Shown: positions 29,856 to 38,614 of the stretch, in pieces
How positions within the stretch are numbered: the stretch's first letter is position 1
Layout: every line of letters begins with the position of its first letter
Origin: Nitrospirota bacterium
GTDB taxonomy: Bacteria > Nitrospirota > Nitrospiria > 2-01-FULL-66-17
Length of the DNA stretch: 64,000 bases
Assembly: GCA_049325335.1 (NCBI GenBank)
Contig: JBMOMC010000045.1
Location: 114,032 to 178,031, forward strand
Reading direction: 5' to 3'
Program-made: the position numbers and the translations under genes
Notes under the pieces: generated by a model
Databases searched by the model: none
The model's input: the letters and a program-made list of their open reading frames with translations, nothing else
What the model was told of the DNA's origin: nothing

Positions 29856-31067
29856 GTGTCCCGCACCGTTCAGCCCCGCATCCTCGCCATGATCATGGCC
29901 GGCGGCCGCGGCGAGCGGTTGGCGCCGCTCACGGATTTTCGGACCAAGCCCGCGGTGCCGTTCGGCGGCAAGTACCGCATCATCGACTTTGTGCTCAGCA
30001 ACTTCGTCAACTCCGACGTGATGGCCATCTACGCCCTGGTGCAGTACCGCTCGCAATCGCTCATCGAACACTTGCGGCGCGCGTGGCGGATCGGCGGACG
30101 AATTCCTCAAAATTTCATCACCGTGGTCCCGCCGCAGATGAAAACCGGCGCCATGGTCTACGAAGGCACGGCCGACGCGGTGTTCCAGAACGTCAATTTG
30201 ATCCACGACTTCGCCCCCGACCTGGTGGCGGTCTTCGGCGCGGACCACATCTATCGCATGGACATCCGCCAGATGGTGGACTTTCACCTGGCGCGCAAGG
30301 CCCAAATCACGGTGGCGGCGTTGCCGGTGCCGCTGGCATCGGCGTCGGCGTTCGGCGTGATCGAGGCCGACCAGGAAGATCGAATCGTGGGATTTGACGA
30401 AAAACCCAAGCGCCCCAAGCCCATGCCGGGAGACCCGACCCGCGCGTATGCCTCGATGGGCAACTATCTGTTCGAAGCCGACGCCTTGGTGGACGTGCTC
30501 AACGAAGATTCCATGCACGGGGGCTCCCACGACTTCGGCCGCGACATTATCCCGCGCATGGTGGGCGGACATCGCGTGGTGGCGTACAACTTTCTGACCA
30601 ACGACATTCCCGACCTCCAAGCCTACGAGGAGCACGGGTACTGGCGCGACGTGGGCACCATCGATGCGTATTGGCAGGCCCACATGGATCTGTTGGGGGA
30701 ACGGCCGCGGTTTGACTTACACAACGCGGGCTGGCCGATCATGAGCGACAGCTACGACGGCCCCGCCGCGAGCCTGGTGCGAGCCCGCGTGGACGCGTCC
30801 ATGATCGGCCAGGGCAGCCACATCGTGGACTCGGACATCATTCGCTCCGTGATCGGCCGCAACGTGCGCATCGACTCCGGATGCCGGATCGAAGAGTCCG
30901 TGATCCTGGACGGTTCCATCATCCGCGAAGGCTGCCGCCTGCGCCGCGTGATCGCGGACCGCTTCAACGTCATCCCCCCCCGAACCGTCCTCGGCGACGA
31001 CGCGATCACCGTGCTGCCGCGCGGCCGATCGGTCGGAGGCAGGGCCGTCAACGTCACGGGGAGCTGA
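29856..31067 (+). CDS. glgC: Glucose-1-phosphate adenylyltransferase
   Basis: [66 protein letters not shown] before GTG 29856. Confidence 0.96.
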   Translation: MSRTVQPRILAMIMAGGRGERLAPLTDFRTKPAVPFGGKYRIIDFVLSNFVNSDVMAIYALVQYRSQSLIEHLRRAWRIGGRIPQNFITVVPPQMKTGAMVYEGTADAVFQNVNLIHDFAPDLVAVFGADHIYRMDIRQMVDFHLARKAQITVAALPVPLASASAFGVIEADQEDRIVGFDEKPKRPKPMPGDPTRAYASMGNYLFEADALVDVLNEDSMHGGSHDFGRDIIPRMVGGHRVVAYNFLTNDIPDLQAYEEHGYWRDVGTIDAYWQAHMDLLGERPRFDLHNAGWPIMSDSYDGPAASLVRARVDASMIGQGSHIVDSDIIRSVIGRNVRIDSGCRIEESVILDGSIIREGCRLRRVIADRFNVIPPRTVLGDDAITVLPRGRSVGGRAVNVTGS

Positions 31068-31104
31068 CCGCCTTTGTCACGGGGATCAGCGAGCCTACAA
31101 GGCC

Positions 31105-31133
31105 TTGCCGTCAACCAACCATTACCCTACAAT
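31105..31133 (+). promoter_or_regulatory. Sigma70-like promoter of the TA pair (TTGCCG-N17-TACAAT)
   Basis: Correct spacing, 33 bp upstream of the DUF433 ATG, with SD GAGGA. Confidence 0.6.
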
Positions 31134-31166
31134 GGGAGCAATTCTCACACAATCAGAGGATATTAC

Positions 31167-31397
31167 ATGGCGTCGGAAGAACGGATCGTAATTGACGACC
31201 GCATCATGGGCGGCAAACCCGTGATTGCAGGCACGCGGGTCCCGGTCCAAGTGATTGTCGGAGCGCTCGCCGGCGGCATGAGCCGCGACGAGATCTGTCG
31301 AGAATACCGGATTACCGACGCCGACATTCAGGCCGCATTGGCCTATGCCGCCCAGGCGCTGGCCGACGAAAAGGTGCATGCGATTCCTCGTCGATGA
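31167..31397 (+). CDS. DUF433 family antitoxin-like protein
   Basis: RIVIDDRIMGGKPVIAGTRVPV...EICREYRITDADIQAALAYA. Confidence 0.92.
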   Translation: MASEERIVIDDRIMGGKPVIAGTRVPVQVIVGALAGGMSRDEICREYRITDADIQAALAYAAQALADEKVHAIPRR

Positions 31398-31734
31398 GAA
31401 TCTTCCCTTCAGTCTCATTGCACTCCTTCGACATGTCGGCCATGATGTGCTGGATGTCGCGTCCAGCTCTCTCCGCGGACATCCCGACGACGAACTGTGG
31501 ACCGTCGCCCACCGCGAACAACGCATTCTAGTCACCAAAGACATCGACTTTCCGCTGCGCCATCTCCGCCCCTTTCCGCCAGGGCTCGTACTGGTGCGGG
31601 TTCCCGACACGTTCACCGGTCAACAAATTACTGAACTGTTCGCGAAACTAATCACCGCTCCCGACATTCAACTGGCCGACGGCTCCTTGGTCGTCTTGAC
31701 GCCAGCCCGAGTCAGAACCCGCCGCCTCGAATAG
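31378..31734 (+). CDS. DUF5615 PIN-like toxin (VapC45-like)
   Basis: MRFLVDENLP, GHDV, PDDELW, ILVTKDIDF; overlaps the DUF433 gene. Confidence 0.88.
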   Translation: MRFLVDENLPFSLIALLRHVGHDVLDVASSSLRGHPDDELWTVAHREQRILVTKDIDFPLRHLRPFPPGLVLVRVPDTFTGQQITELFAKLITAPDIQLADGSLVVLTPARVRTRRLE

Positions 31735-31794
31735 CGCCGCGCTTGATCAGGCCTGGCTTGCCAGCGGGTCTTCAGTCCTATCGTTGGGTCAGCT

Positions 31795-32052
31795 TGAGGT
31801 AGCCCCGATTTCCTGGACAGGTGGTTAAGCACACGCACCTCGGCGGTCATACTGCTCCGGGGTCTGATAGTCGAGGGTGGCGTGCACGCGTTGGCGATTA
31901 TAGAACAGCTCGATGTAGGCGAACAACGCCGTGCGGGCATGGTCGCGGTCGGGGAAGGTGGCATGGTCAGTGCCCTCGTTCTTGAGCGAGCTGAAGAAAC
32001 TCTCCACGACGGCGTTGTCGTAGCAGTTGCCCTTGCGACTCATGCTGCGACG
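31795..32052 (-). mobile_element. IS3-family remnant: right end plus C-terminal integrase-core fragment
   Basis: MSRKGNCYDNAVVESFFSSLKNE...YIELFYNRQRVHATLDYQTP (IS3 OrfB C-terminus); terminal sequence TGAGGTAGCCCCGATTTCCTGGACA at 31795 has the IS3 TG terminus. Confidence 0.9.
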
Positions 32053-32158
32053 GCTGAGGGGACGTTCCTAAGTAATTAAGTTGTCTGCTTTGAAGTTCAG
32101 GCCAGGCGATGTGCGGCTCTGAGAAAGTTTCTTAAATACTTAGGAACGTCCCCTCAGC
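32053..32158. repeat. 106-bp element bounded by 28-bp inverted repeats (27/28 identical); MITE/REP-like
   Basis: GCTGAGGGGACGTTCCTAAGTAATTAAG (32053-32080) and CTTAAATACTTAGGAACGTCCCCTCAGC (32131-32158). Confidence 0.85.
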
Positions 32159-32214
32159 TTTTCAGGCGGTCCCGCTGAGAGATCAGCGCAGGAATGCCCA
32201 CCCCAGTCCTCAAC

Positions 32215-32502
32215 TCAAGCGGCGACTCGTGTTGCAGTGCAAGACCTGGCCCCCAAGACCTTCACGTGTTGCAAGACCTGGCCCCCAAGACCTTCAAACT
32301 CGACCAAGCGAGGAGGAGGCTCATACTCCACAAGCAAAAAATGCAGTAGCCAGCAGATACCAACAACCCCAGTAGTTCCTGCTAATCCACGCCACCAACC
32401 CCATGTGTCGACGATCGCGACGAAAAAAATGACTCCCAGGACTACGACTGGCCACAACGAAGCCCACTTTCTTATCTCATCTTTTATCGTTGGTATGTTC
32501 AC
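32215..32502 (-). CDS. Small hypothetical membrane protein (two TM segments), C-terminus running through the repeats
   Basis: Hydrophobic segments WPVVVLGVIFFVAIV and GVVGICWLLHFLLV; AT-richer DNA. Confidence 0.4.
   Translation of the reverse strand: MNIPTIKDEIRKWASLWPVVVLGVIFFVAIVDTWGWWRGLAGTTGVVGICWLLHFLLVEYEPPPRLVEFEGLGGQVLQHVKVLGARSCTATRVAA
32238..32296 (+). repeat. Tandem 27-bp direct repeat TGCAAGACCTGGCCCCCAAGACCTTCA (period 32)
   Basis: Exact copies at 32238-32264 and 32270-32296. Confidence 0.9.
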
Positions 32503-32659
32503 CTTAAAACCGCCCAGGGGTTAGCCTCTGACTTGTGACAAGCCGCCCGCGCTTCGCCGTCTTTTAGATATCGAGCCTGAACATGCTGTCACAAAACAGG
32601 CCACCCCCTCCGGGCTCTCGAACGCCTCTCATTAGTCCACTGGTTCAAGAGAGCCAGAC

Positions 32660-33406
32660 TTAGACCAGCAGGAGGAGGCCTTTGTCGCGCTTGACGGAGT
32701 CGTCCGGCATCTCGTCCCACACCTGGCCATCGAGGAGACGGCCGGCCTGTTTCTTGTTTTTCCCGCCCCACTGCTTGAAGAAGAACGGCACGTTCGCCCG
32801 GCGACACTGGTCGCGCAGATCAGCGGCCCACGCGGGCGCCATGGGCCTCGACTTCGGACCAGACTCGCCGCCCACGATGACCCAGTCGATACCGGTCAGA
32901 TCGAGATCCGGCAGCGGACCTAAGAGGGGCTCAAGCGACAGAAACTTGGTTTGCGCGCCGGTTTCACGAAGCCGGTCGATTCGGTGACGGTAACGGTCAC
33001 CTTCGACGCTGACCCCCATCCAGATGTCTGGCGCCCAATCGAGTTCCGAGTTGAGTTCCGCGAGACGATCGGCCCGTTTGGTGAGAATCTGAAATCGGTG
33101 CCAGTACGCACGAGCCATCACGTCGAAGACCCGGCAGATATAGCGAAGCGGCACGTCCTCGTGGAACAGGTCACTCATGGAGTTCACGAAGATGGTCTGC
33201 GGCTTCTTCCACTTCAGCGGCAATTCGAGCATGTGCGGATGGAGCGTGAGCCTAAATCCATTGACATAGTTTGCTTGCCCCATGGCCTGGAGGCGCTCCG
33301 CCATGCGCTCGGCATAGCAGTGTTGGCAACCGGGACTTACCTTTGTGCAGCCGGTGACCGGATTCCACGTGGATTCGGTCCACTCGATTCCGGATCCATG
33401 TGCCAT
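32660..33406 (-). CDS. DUF5131 / phage Gp37-Gp68 family three-Cys (radical SAM-like) protein
   Basis: [26 protein letters not shown] (Cx6CxxC), [48 protein letters not shown] before ATG 33406. Confidence 0.93.
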   Translation of the reverse strand: MAHGSGIEWTESTWNPVTGCTKVSPGCQHCYAERMAERLQAMGQANYVNGFRLTLHPHMLELPLKWKKPQTIFVNSMSDLFHEDVPLRYICRVFDVMARAYWHRFQILTKRADRLAELNSELDWAPDIWMGVSVEGDRYRHRIDRLRETGAQTKFLSLEPLLGPLPDLDLTGIDWVIVGGESGPKSRPMAPAWAADLRDQCRRANVPFFFKQWGGKNKKQAGRLLDGQVWDEMPDDSVKRDKGLLLLV

Positions 33407-34322
33407 CAGCGCACCTCCTTCAGCAGATGATTCGCGATACGCAACGCAATGTCCTTGCCGCGTTCGTTGCCGACCGCGAAACACAGGAGATAAAGCGGAC
33501 TGTTCGTCGAGTTTCTCAACACCCCAGGCTCGGCTGCCACGCCCGCGAAGATATCTTTGAGTCGATCATTAAAGTACTGGCCGATGGTCTCCATCTTCGC
33601 CTTGACCAATCGTTCCTCGTCGTCACCGAAGAGGGTCGGCGTGGTCGCGACCTGATAAAACGCATTGTACCAGTCCTCCGTCCCCAGAAGCAGGGTGAGC
33701 CGCCGGCGCCAAGACCCTGGATGTCACCGGACCTCGTGAGCAATCGATTCACCCCGATGCCAAACGGGAAGAGAATCCAGAGATCAATCGCCTTCGTCCG
33801 AGCGATCGCCTCAATCGTCGCCCATTCGACCTGCATGCCATAAGGATCAAGGAAAATCACCGCCCGCTGCATCCCCCAATCCTCGGAACACAGTTCCTGG
33901 ATCTCGGTATTCGCGTCCCCGTGACGTATTGCGATCCGCTCCGCGAGATTGGGAAAGTCGGACTTCAACGCTTCGAGGCGAACACAACGTTCGGCGCTCC
34001 GCTCGATAAACACATATCGATCAAACGGTGGATCGGTTTTCAGCGCGATACGCGCGGAGCCGTCCAACAGGGATTGGGGTTCCTGCTCGACAAGGTCGGG
34101 GAACAACGCGTCCTGTGAAGACCCCGCACTGTCTCGTCGTGCCTCCCGGTAACCAGTTCCAGCGAAGGCATCGACGAACAGTTTCCGAAACGGACGCTGG
34201 GGCTTCGGTTGGTTCTTCAGGGCGGTCGTATAGCTTTGCAGGTATCCTGCGAGCACATCGAGCTTGCGGGTTGTCCAGTCCCCGCCAAACCGATGCTCTC
34301 CATCGCTTCGGTCCCTGGCCAT
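33406..34322 (-). pseudogene. tcmP: Three-Cys-motif partner protein TcmP, split by a one-base frameshift near 33719
   Basis: FGGDWTTRKL, FVDAFAGTG, LDGSARIAL, FLDPYGMQV, DLWILFP. After SGDI the coherent sequence continues in another frame (GSWRRRLTLLLGTEDWYNAFY...[18 protein letters not shown]...[10 protein letters not shown]), which ends TGATG-coupled to DUF5131. Confidence 0.85.
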
Positions 34323-34375
34323 CGCTCGCCCAGCCTCACATCGTCTTGGGAGTGGTCGCCCAATTGACAGATACC

Positions 34376-34411
34376 GGTCCAGATTAGCCCGTTACGGGCT
34401 TCTTGGTCAAG
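34376..34411 (-). promoter_or_regulatory. Promoter with palindromic operator upstream of tcmP: TTGACC-N18-TAATCT containing AGCCCG-taa-CGGGCT
   Basis: Near-identical element upstream of hsdR (57411-57446). Confidence 0.7.
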
Positions 34412-34490
34412 ACAGAAATGGCACGCGGGTGTCGGAGATCACGTCAGGGCACAGGCGCCTATCCACGAACCACGCCTCCTGACTCATCGG

Positions 34491-35300
34491 CTACTTTAGC
34501 CCCTGGCAACGCGGGCAGTAGAAGCCGGGTTGGGCGTCTTTCGCGGCTGAGAGTTTTTCGATGCGCGCGCCGCAGCGGCGTTTGCAGGGGAGGCCGGTGC
34601 GGGCGTAGACGCGGAAGCGCTCTTGGAATCGACCGCTTTCACCGTCCGGGGTCCGGTAGTCGCGGATGGTGGACCCGCCCCAGCGGATGCCCTTTCGCAA
34701 TGTGGATTTGATGGCGCGGTAGAGCACGTCGCGCTGCGTCTGGTTGAGGCACGAGGCTTCTTGGCGCGGGTGCAGGCGCGCGGCGAACAATGCTTCGTTG
34801 ACGTAAATGTTGCCCAGGCCAGCGATGACGGTTTGATTCATCAGCAGAGGCCGGAGCATGCCGCGACGCTCGGCCATGATCCGTCGCCATGTCGCGCGAC
34901 GCAAGGTCAGCGCGTCGGGGCCAAGACCGATGTCCGCGAGTGACGTGGTCGCGCGCCAGCCCCCGAACCGGCGGGGGTCGCGGTAGTGCAACTCCCAGGG
35001 CTCGCCGCCGAGGGTCAGCACCAGGTGCGTGTGCGGGGCGCGATCCGCGCCGCGCGGGACCATGAGGCACTGCCCCGTCATCCCGAGGCGCACCACCAGC
35101 CAGAGCGTCGGAGCGGTTTCGATCACGATGGACTTGCCATGACGGCGGACCCTTGTGATCGCCCGCTTGGGCAGATCAGTGACCGACGCGTCTCCGGTCC
35201 ACACATCGCGACGCAGGAGTTCGACGGACTCGATCGTCCGTCCCGTCAGCGCGGGCCGTAACCGCCGGACGATGGATTCAACTTCCGGAAGTTCGGGCAC
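34491..35300 (-). CDS. mutM: Formamidopyrimidine-DNA glycosylase Fpg
   Basis: MPELPEVE, RRHGK, LGMTG, DPRRFG, GLGNIYVNE, C-terminal Zn finger CKRRC...CPRCQ. Confidence 0.97.
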   Translation of the reverse strand: MPELPEVESIVRRLRPALTGRTIESVELLRRDVWTGDASVTDLPKRAITRVRRHGKSIVIETAPTLWLVVRLGMTGQCLMVPRGADRAPHTHLVLTLGGEPWELHYRDPRRFGGWRATTSLADIGLGPDALTLRRATWRRIMAERRGMLRPLLMNQTVIAGLGNIYVNEALFAARLHPRQEASCLNQTQRDVLYRAIKSTLRKGIRWGGSTIRDYRTPDGESGRFQERFRVYARTGLPCKRRCGARIEKLSAAKDAQPGFYCPRCQGLK

Positions 35301-35303
35301 GGG

Positions 35304-36056
35304 TCAGGACGACGCGGTCGCGGTTTCCGGCGCGGGTCTTCGTTGTCCGAAAATCCGCACGCCGAGAATCCCGATTTCGTAAAGCACGGTCAGCGGCACC
35401 AACATGATGGCCATGTTGAATAAATCGGACGTCGGGGTCAACACCGCGGCGAGCACGGCGTTGACCAGCAAGGCGTAGCGGCGGTTGCGGGCCAAAAACG
35501 CGGGCGTGACCACGCCCATGCGACCCGCCAGGGTCACGGCCAACGGCACTTCGAAAATCAGACCGAACGCCAGATACATTTTGAGCGCAAAGTCCACGTA
35601 CATCTGCGCGGAGATCATGGGTTTCATCCCGCGCTCCACGCCGAACGCGATCAGAAACTTGAGCGCGAACGGCAAGGCCACGAACGCGCAAAAGACCAAT
35701 CCCAACGCGAAAAACAGACACGAGCCGATCACGAACGCGGCCGCGTACCGTCGTTCGGTCCGGTACAACCCCGGCGCCACAAAGCGCCACCCCTGATACA
35801 GCACCACGGGCAACGCGATGAGCAATCCGACGATCAGGGAGACTTTGAAGGAGACCCAAAACGCTTCGGTGGGAGACAGAAAGACCAGTTCGGCCCCGAG
35901 CGGCTCGGTCAACCACCGCAAAATGTCGGAGGAAAACGAAAAGGTCGCGGCGGCCGCGGCTAACACCGTCATCGCGCACACGAGCAGCCGGCGGCGCAGT
36001 TCAGCCAAGTGCTCAAACAGCGACATACGGACGCCGGATTCCGAGTCAGCCATCAA
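35304..36056 (-). CDS. tatC: Twin-arginine translocase subunit TatC
   Basis: [46 protein letters not shown]. Confidence 0.96.
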   Translation of the reverse strand: MMADSESGVRMSLFEHLAELRRRLLVCAMTVLAAAAATFSFSSDILRWLTEPLGAELVFLSPTEAFWVSFKVSLIVGLLIALPVVLYQGWRFVAPGLYRTERRYAAAFVIGSCLFFALGLVFCAFVALPFALKFLIAFGVERGMKPMISAQMYVDFALKMYLAFGLIFEVPLAVTLAGRMGVVTPAFLARNRRYALLVNAVLAAVLTPTSDLFNMAIMLVPLTVLYEIGILGVRIFGQRRPAPETATASS

Positions 36057-36273
36057 TCTTCTGCGCGGGCGGCGCGGAGTCCGGCCGGCTCGGGGGTTGG
36101 TCCGCCGCGTCGAGCTCGACGCGCACCTGCGCCTGCGCCTCGTCGGCCGCGCGTTTGATCGCGCCGAACCACTTGCCCGCGGTGCGCGCCAGTTCCGGGA
36201 GCCGCTGCGGGCCCAGGACGATCAGCGCGATGAGCAATATCACGAGGAGTTCCGGGAAGCCGACGCCGAACAT
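36046..36273 (-). CDS. tatB: Twin-arginine translocase TatA/TatB subunit
   Basis: [30 protein letters not shown]. Confidence 0.85.
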   Translation of the reverse strand: MFGVGFPELLVILLIALIVLGPQRLPELARTAGKWFGAIKRAADEAQAQVRVELDAADQPPSRPDSAPPAQKIDG

Positions 36274-36298
36274 GGGAGCGGGATGCGACGGGGGCGGG

Positions 36299-36532
36299 TC
36301 AGTGCCCGCGTTGGGTTTCGAGTCCGCGCAGGAGGTCCTGCATGCGGTCCTTGGCAGCGAGTTTCTGCTTCTGCACGGTCTTCTTTCGCAGTTCGTCCTC
36401 CGCGGAGAGTATCCGCTGTTTCAGCAACGCGTCCAATTCCCGATCCAGTTCATGGTGCTTTCGCTCGAGTTCGACGAATTCTCGGTTCGTGTTCCGGAGG
36501 TGCTGGATCCGCGCGACGTTCTCGTTGAGCAT
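36299..36532 (-). CDS. DUF465/YdcH family small coiled-coil protein
   Basis: [16 protein letters not shown]...[25 protein letters not shown]. Confidence 0.82.
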   Translation of the reverse strand: MLNENVARIQHLRNTNREFVELERKHHELDRELDALLKQRILSAEDELRKKTVQKQKLAAKDRMQDLLRGLETQRGH

Positions 36533-36577
36533 CGGACTCCTCCTGGTTACCCTCGTCCCGGCTGGAACCCTCTCGTG

Positions 36578-37075
36578 TCACCGCACCCACTCCATCAACA
36601 ACGCGTCTTCCCTCGGGTCATCATAATAGCCGATCCGCACGCCGGCCTCGCGAAACCCGAACCGCCCGTACATCGCGATCGCGGCCTGATTGGACCGCCG
36701 GACTTCGAGCGAGGCCCGCGCCAACCCCTCACCCGCGGACGTAAACAGCCGCTCCAGCAGTCGGCTCGCGAGCCCGCGACGCCTCGCGTCAGGCCGCACC
36801 GCCAGACTGATGACCTGCATCTCGTCCACCACCACCCACCCGCCGACGTACCCCACCACCCCGCCCGCAGTCTCGGCCACGAAAAACCGCGAGCACGGGT
36901 TCTCGGACACCTCGACCCAAAACATGTCCCGGGACCACGGCTGCGAGAACGACGCGCGTTCGATGACCAGCACCGCGTCAAGATCCCGGATTGTCATCGG
37001 GCGAATCCGAACGCCGGCGTCGGCGACGGATGGCGCCGCCGGTTGTCCACCCTCCAACACGTTACGCGCGACCAT
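36578..37075 (-). CDS. rimI: Ribosomal-protein-alanine N-acetyltransferase
   Basis: IERASFSQPWS, LAVRPDARRRGLA, LEVRRSNQAAIAMY, YYDDPREDALLM; follows tsaB. Confidence 0.92.
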   Translation of the reverse strand: MVARNVLEGGQPAAPSVADAGVRIRPMTIRDLDAVLVIERASFSQPWSRDMFWVEVSENPCSRFFVAETAGGVVGYVGGWVVVDEMQVISLAVRPDARRRGLASRLLERLFTSAGEGLARASLEVRRSNQAAIAMYGRFGFREAGVRIGYYDDPREDALLMEWVR

Positions 37076-37820
37076 GCGCCGGGTCCCAGCCCAAGAGCTT
37101 GCGCCGACGACTGCCTACCACGCCGCGTTCCCAATTGGTTTCCGCGGTGGACCGACGGAGGTACCGCGGCAACAGTGCCCCCACCGGTGTGTGTGCTCCG
37201 CCGATCAATCGCGCAACGCCCGGACGCAACGCCCCGGCCGCCGCGCTCATCATCGTGTCCGGCACGATCGCCGCGCGCGGCCCCAAGGCCGCGCGCAATG
37301 CGTCCGCGTGTCGCGCCGCGCCAGAGCCCACGCAGCACACCGGCGCGTCACCCGCAACCGTCGCGGCCCAGGCCTCGGGCAATGCCAGCGTCTCATTGCT
37401 GATCGGCGCCGCGGCGCCGTCGCGGCACTCGAACACGCGCGCGTAGACTTCGCCGCGCCCCGCGTCAACCACCGCCGCGACAGACCCGGATCTCCCGGAC
37501 GCGGCGGCCACCGCGTCCAATGTCCCGACCGCCGCCACGCGCAGCGGCCGCGCCGCGGCCAACCCCTTCACCAGACTGACCCCGACGCGAAGCCCGGTAA
37601 ACGAGCCCGGGCCGATCGTGACGATCACGCCGTCCAGTTGCGCCACGCTCCACCCGCGACCGGCGAGCAGTCGGTGGATCGCGGGCAACAAGTCGCGCGA
37701 GGCCGCGCCGCGCTCGGCGAACCGCACCTCATCCACCGCGCCGCGGCTCGCCGCGTCCTCTCCCTCCCAGACCGCCGCGCTCACGGTGTCGAGCGAGGTA
37801 TCGAGCGACAAGACTTTCAT
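37062..37820 (-). CDS. tsaB: tRNA t6A biosynthesis protein TsaB
   Basis: VLSLDTS, GPGSFTGLRVG, DAGRGEVY, PRYLRRSTAE. Confidence 0.93.
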   Translation of the reverse strand: MKVLSLDTSLDTVSAAVWEGEDAASRGAVDEVRFAERGAASRDLLPAIHRLLAGRGWSVAQLDGVIVTIGPGSFTGLRVGVSLVKGLAAARPLRVAAVGTLDAVAAASGRSGSVAAVVDAGRGEVYARVFECRDGAAAPISNETLALPEAWAATVAGDAPVCCVGSGAARHADALRAALGPRAAIVPDTMMSAAAGALRPGVARLIGGAHTPVGALLPRYLRRSTAETNWERGVVGSRRRKLLGWDPAHGRA

Positions 37821-37830
37821 CGCGATCGCA

Positions 37831-38574
37831 TCACGACGGCTCGGCGGTGATTTCATGGAACGCGATGCGCAGCGAGCCCGCCCCGTTCGTGGCGCTCACC
37901 AGAAACGGGCGCCACCGACCGTCCGCCTCTCGGTACCGGCCGAACTCCACGCGTAACCGCGACGACCCGTCCTGATCGAACCACTCCTCGCTCACCGGCA
38001 AAAACCGCGTGCGTTCCAATCGGATCTTGCGCTCCAACCGCGCTCGGCCGTCATCCATCATCAACACATACACCGTGTACACGTCGTCCCCCCGTTCCAG
38101 CGCGAGCAGATCCAGCGGGTCCACGAACGGGCCTTGCCCCGAACCAGCCACCCGGAGCACGTCCGCAACCCGCAGCGACCCCATCCACGGCCCCAACGCG
38201 GTCTCGATCTCCTCCGCGCTCGCGAGCGCGGGCGCGCCGTCGGCCCGCTGGAGCGTGACGGACTCCCCTTCGGCGCGCAACGCGAACACATCCCGGCCCA
38301 GCGGGTCCAGGCCGCGTATGTCGAGCGTGCGCGGCGGCGTGAACCGCACCGTGCCGCTGACGCTGCCTGAGCGATTCCCGTGCGACACCTCGAACGTCAC
38401 CAACGCGCGATACCCGGTGCTCCGCGCACGGTCAGCCAAGATCCGTTCGATCTCCGCGAGCGTGGCCTCTCGCTTGGGAAGCGCGTCGGACTCCCCCGCG
38501 TGACGGTGCGCGGCGCAGCCCGCGATCAGCGCCACACAACACGCCGCGGCCAGAACCAGTCCGCGGCGCATCAT
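37831..38574 (-). CDS. Hypothetical lipoprotein (possibly LolA/LolB-like fold)
   Basis: Lipobox LIAGC after a hydrophobic signal; alternating beta-strand pattern; co-oriented with radA and tsaB. Confidence 0.65.
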   Translation of the reverse strand: MMRRGLVLAAACCVALIAGCAAHRHAGESDALPKREATLAEIERILADRARSTGYRALVTFEVSHGNRSGSVSGTVRFTPPRTLDIRGLDPLGRDVFALRAEGESVTLQRADGAPALASAEEIETALGPWMGSLRVADVLRVAGSGQGPFVDPLDLLALERGDDVYTVYVLMMDDGRARLERKIRLERTRFLPVSEEWFDQDGSSRLRVEFGRYREADGRWRPFLVSATNGAGSLRIAFHEITAEPS

Positions 38575-38614
38575 GTGCCGGAGGCATGCCGCCCGATTCG
38601 CGGCCCGTGGAGTC

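Noticed and set aside
32238..32296. Possible mini-CRISPR array
   Set aside because: Only two repeats with a 5-bp spacer and no cas genes
32518..32596. Possible integron attC site (GTTAGCC; TTGTGACA/TGTCACAA inverted repeat)
   Set aside because: No matching R''/R' pair in the right geometry and no integrase in the window
33700..33730. Programmed ribosomal frameshift or phase variation in tcmP
   Set aside because: No slippery heptamer or long homopolymer at the junction
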